Under the pieces are notes generated by a model, which saw only the letters and a list, made by a program, of their open reading frames with translations, ran no database searches and was not told where the DNA came from. A program made the translations under genes and the position numbers. Below, piece after piece: positions 60,196 to 60,265 of a DNA stretch of 60,265 nt. This DNA comes from an uncultured Planctomycetales bacterium (GTDB taxonomy: Bacteria; Omnitrophota; Gorgyraeia; Zapsychrales; JANLHA01), in the NCBI GenBank assembly GCA_964595465.1, contig CAZQQI010000010.1, forward strand, positions 1 to 60,265, given 5' to 3'. Within the stretch, counting starts at the first letter, position 1. Each line of letters starts with the position of its first letter.

Positions 60196-60265
60196 GAATA
60201 GTGAATAGTTAATAGAGAATGGCGAATGGCGAATAGAGAATGGCGAATGGCGAATAGAGAATGGC
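60196..60265. repeat. Heptanucleotide tandem array GAATRGN with a 21-nt superunit; runs off the window
   Basis: Units: gaatagt gaatagt taataga, then (gaatggc gaatggc gaataga) twice, then gaatggc. Confidence 0.85.

Noticed and set aside
58947-60265. CRISPR array.
   Set aside because: The repeats have a 7-nt period with no unique spacers of 25-40 nt, and there are no cas genes in the window.
1-60265. tRNA, rRNA, tmRNA and riboswitch scan by eye. I looked for GGTTCGAATCC-type T-arms, rRNA-like conserved blocks, and the B12, TPP and SAM box cores in long 5' regions such as 46970-47325 and 56408-56784.
   Set aside because: I recognised no convincing conserved cores. A covariance-model scan (tRNAscan-SE, or Infernal with Rfam) would be needed to be sure.

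Overview
This 60.3-kb window appears to come from an uncultured diderm bacterium, judged by its outer-membrane beta-barrel genes (OprB-like porin, TpsB) and anaerobe-type gene content. I found no rRNA, tRNA or CRISPR array by eye.

Gene order:
1. An AT-rich defence-type islet. It holds a partial OLD/TOPRIM-like ORF plus a UvrD-like helicase (a Gabija-like pair). Two near-identical 124-nt dyad-symmetric repeats then bracket a small membrane ORF, followed by an orphan ORF with an Rx4H (HEPN-like) motif.
2. A DtxR-family regulator, feoA-feoA-feoB, a Cys-rich mini membrane protein, a 66-aa ORF and a porin with an in-frame Cys-rich leader.
3. A 2,479-aa ORF behind a signal-like N-terminus. It fuses a CMP-kinase-like P-loop, a DUF89-like module, a PEP-synthase/rifampin-phosphotransferase-like ATP-grasp plus swivel-His, and a HIT module. 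Two paralogous DUF4143-type AAA ATPase genes and a recurring REP-like motif bracket it.
4. A two-partner secretion pair: TpsB plus a roughly 2,200-aa TpsA with an embedded C-type-lectin-like insert.
5. An ArsR-regulated ABC-2 exporter.
6. An arsenic/thiol-redox island: DUF134 regulator, ArsP-like permease, thioredoxin-like proteins, a VKOR-DsbA-2x rhodanese fusion, ACR3 and ArsC. It ends in a decayed IS1595 transposase.
7. FetAB, then an ArsR-CGGC-TPP enzyme cluster.
8. A type III PKS plus B12-radical-SAM pair flanked by gene debris, including a decayed second acr3-arsC copy.
9. A DEAD-box helicase, BON protein, GH65 phosphorylase, PAS histidine kinase and response regulator, DUF1540, ablA-ablB, and an AmmeMemoRadiSam radical SAM gene flanked by heptamer repeat arrays.

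The best candidates for something undescribed are the giant multi-phosphotransfer ORF with its ATPase/REP-like bracket (9.8-20.7 kb) and the repeat-bracketed small-TM/HEPN-like cassette next to the Gabija-like pair (0-4.5 kb). All functional calls rest on motifs read by eye. No database search was run.
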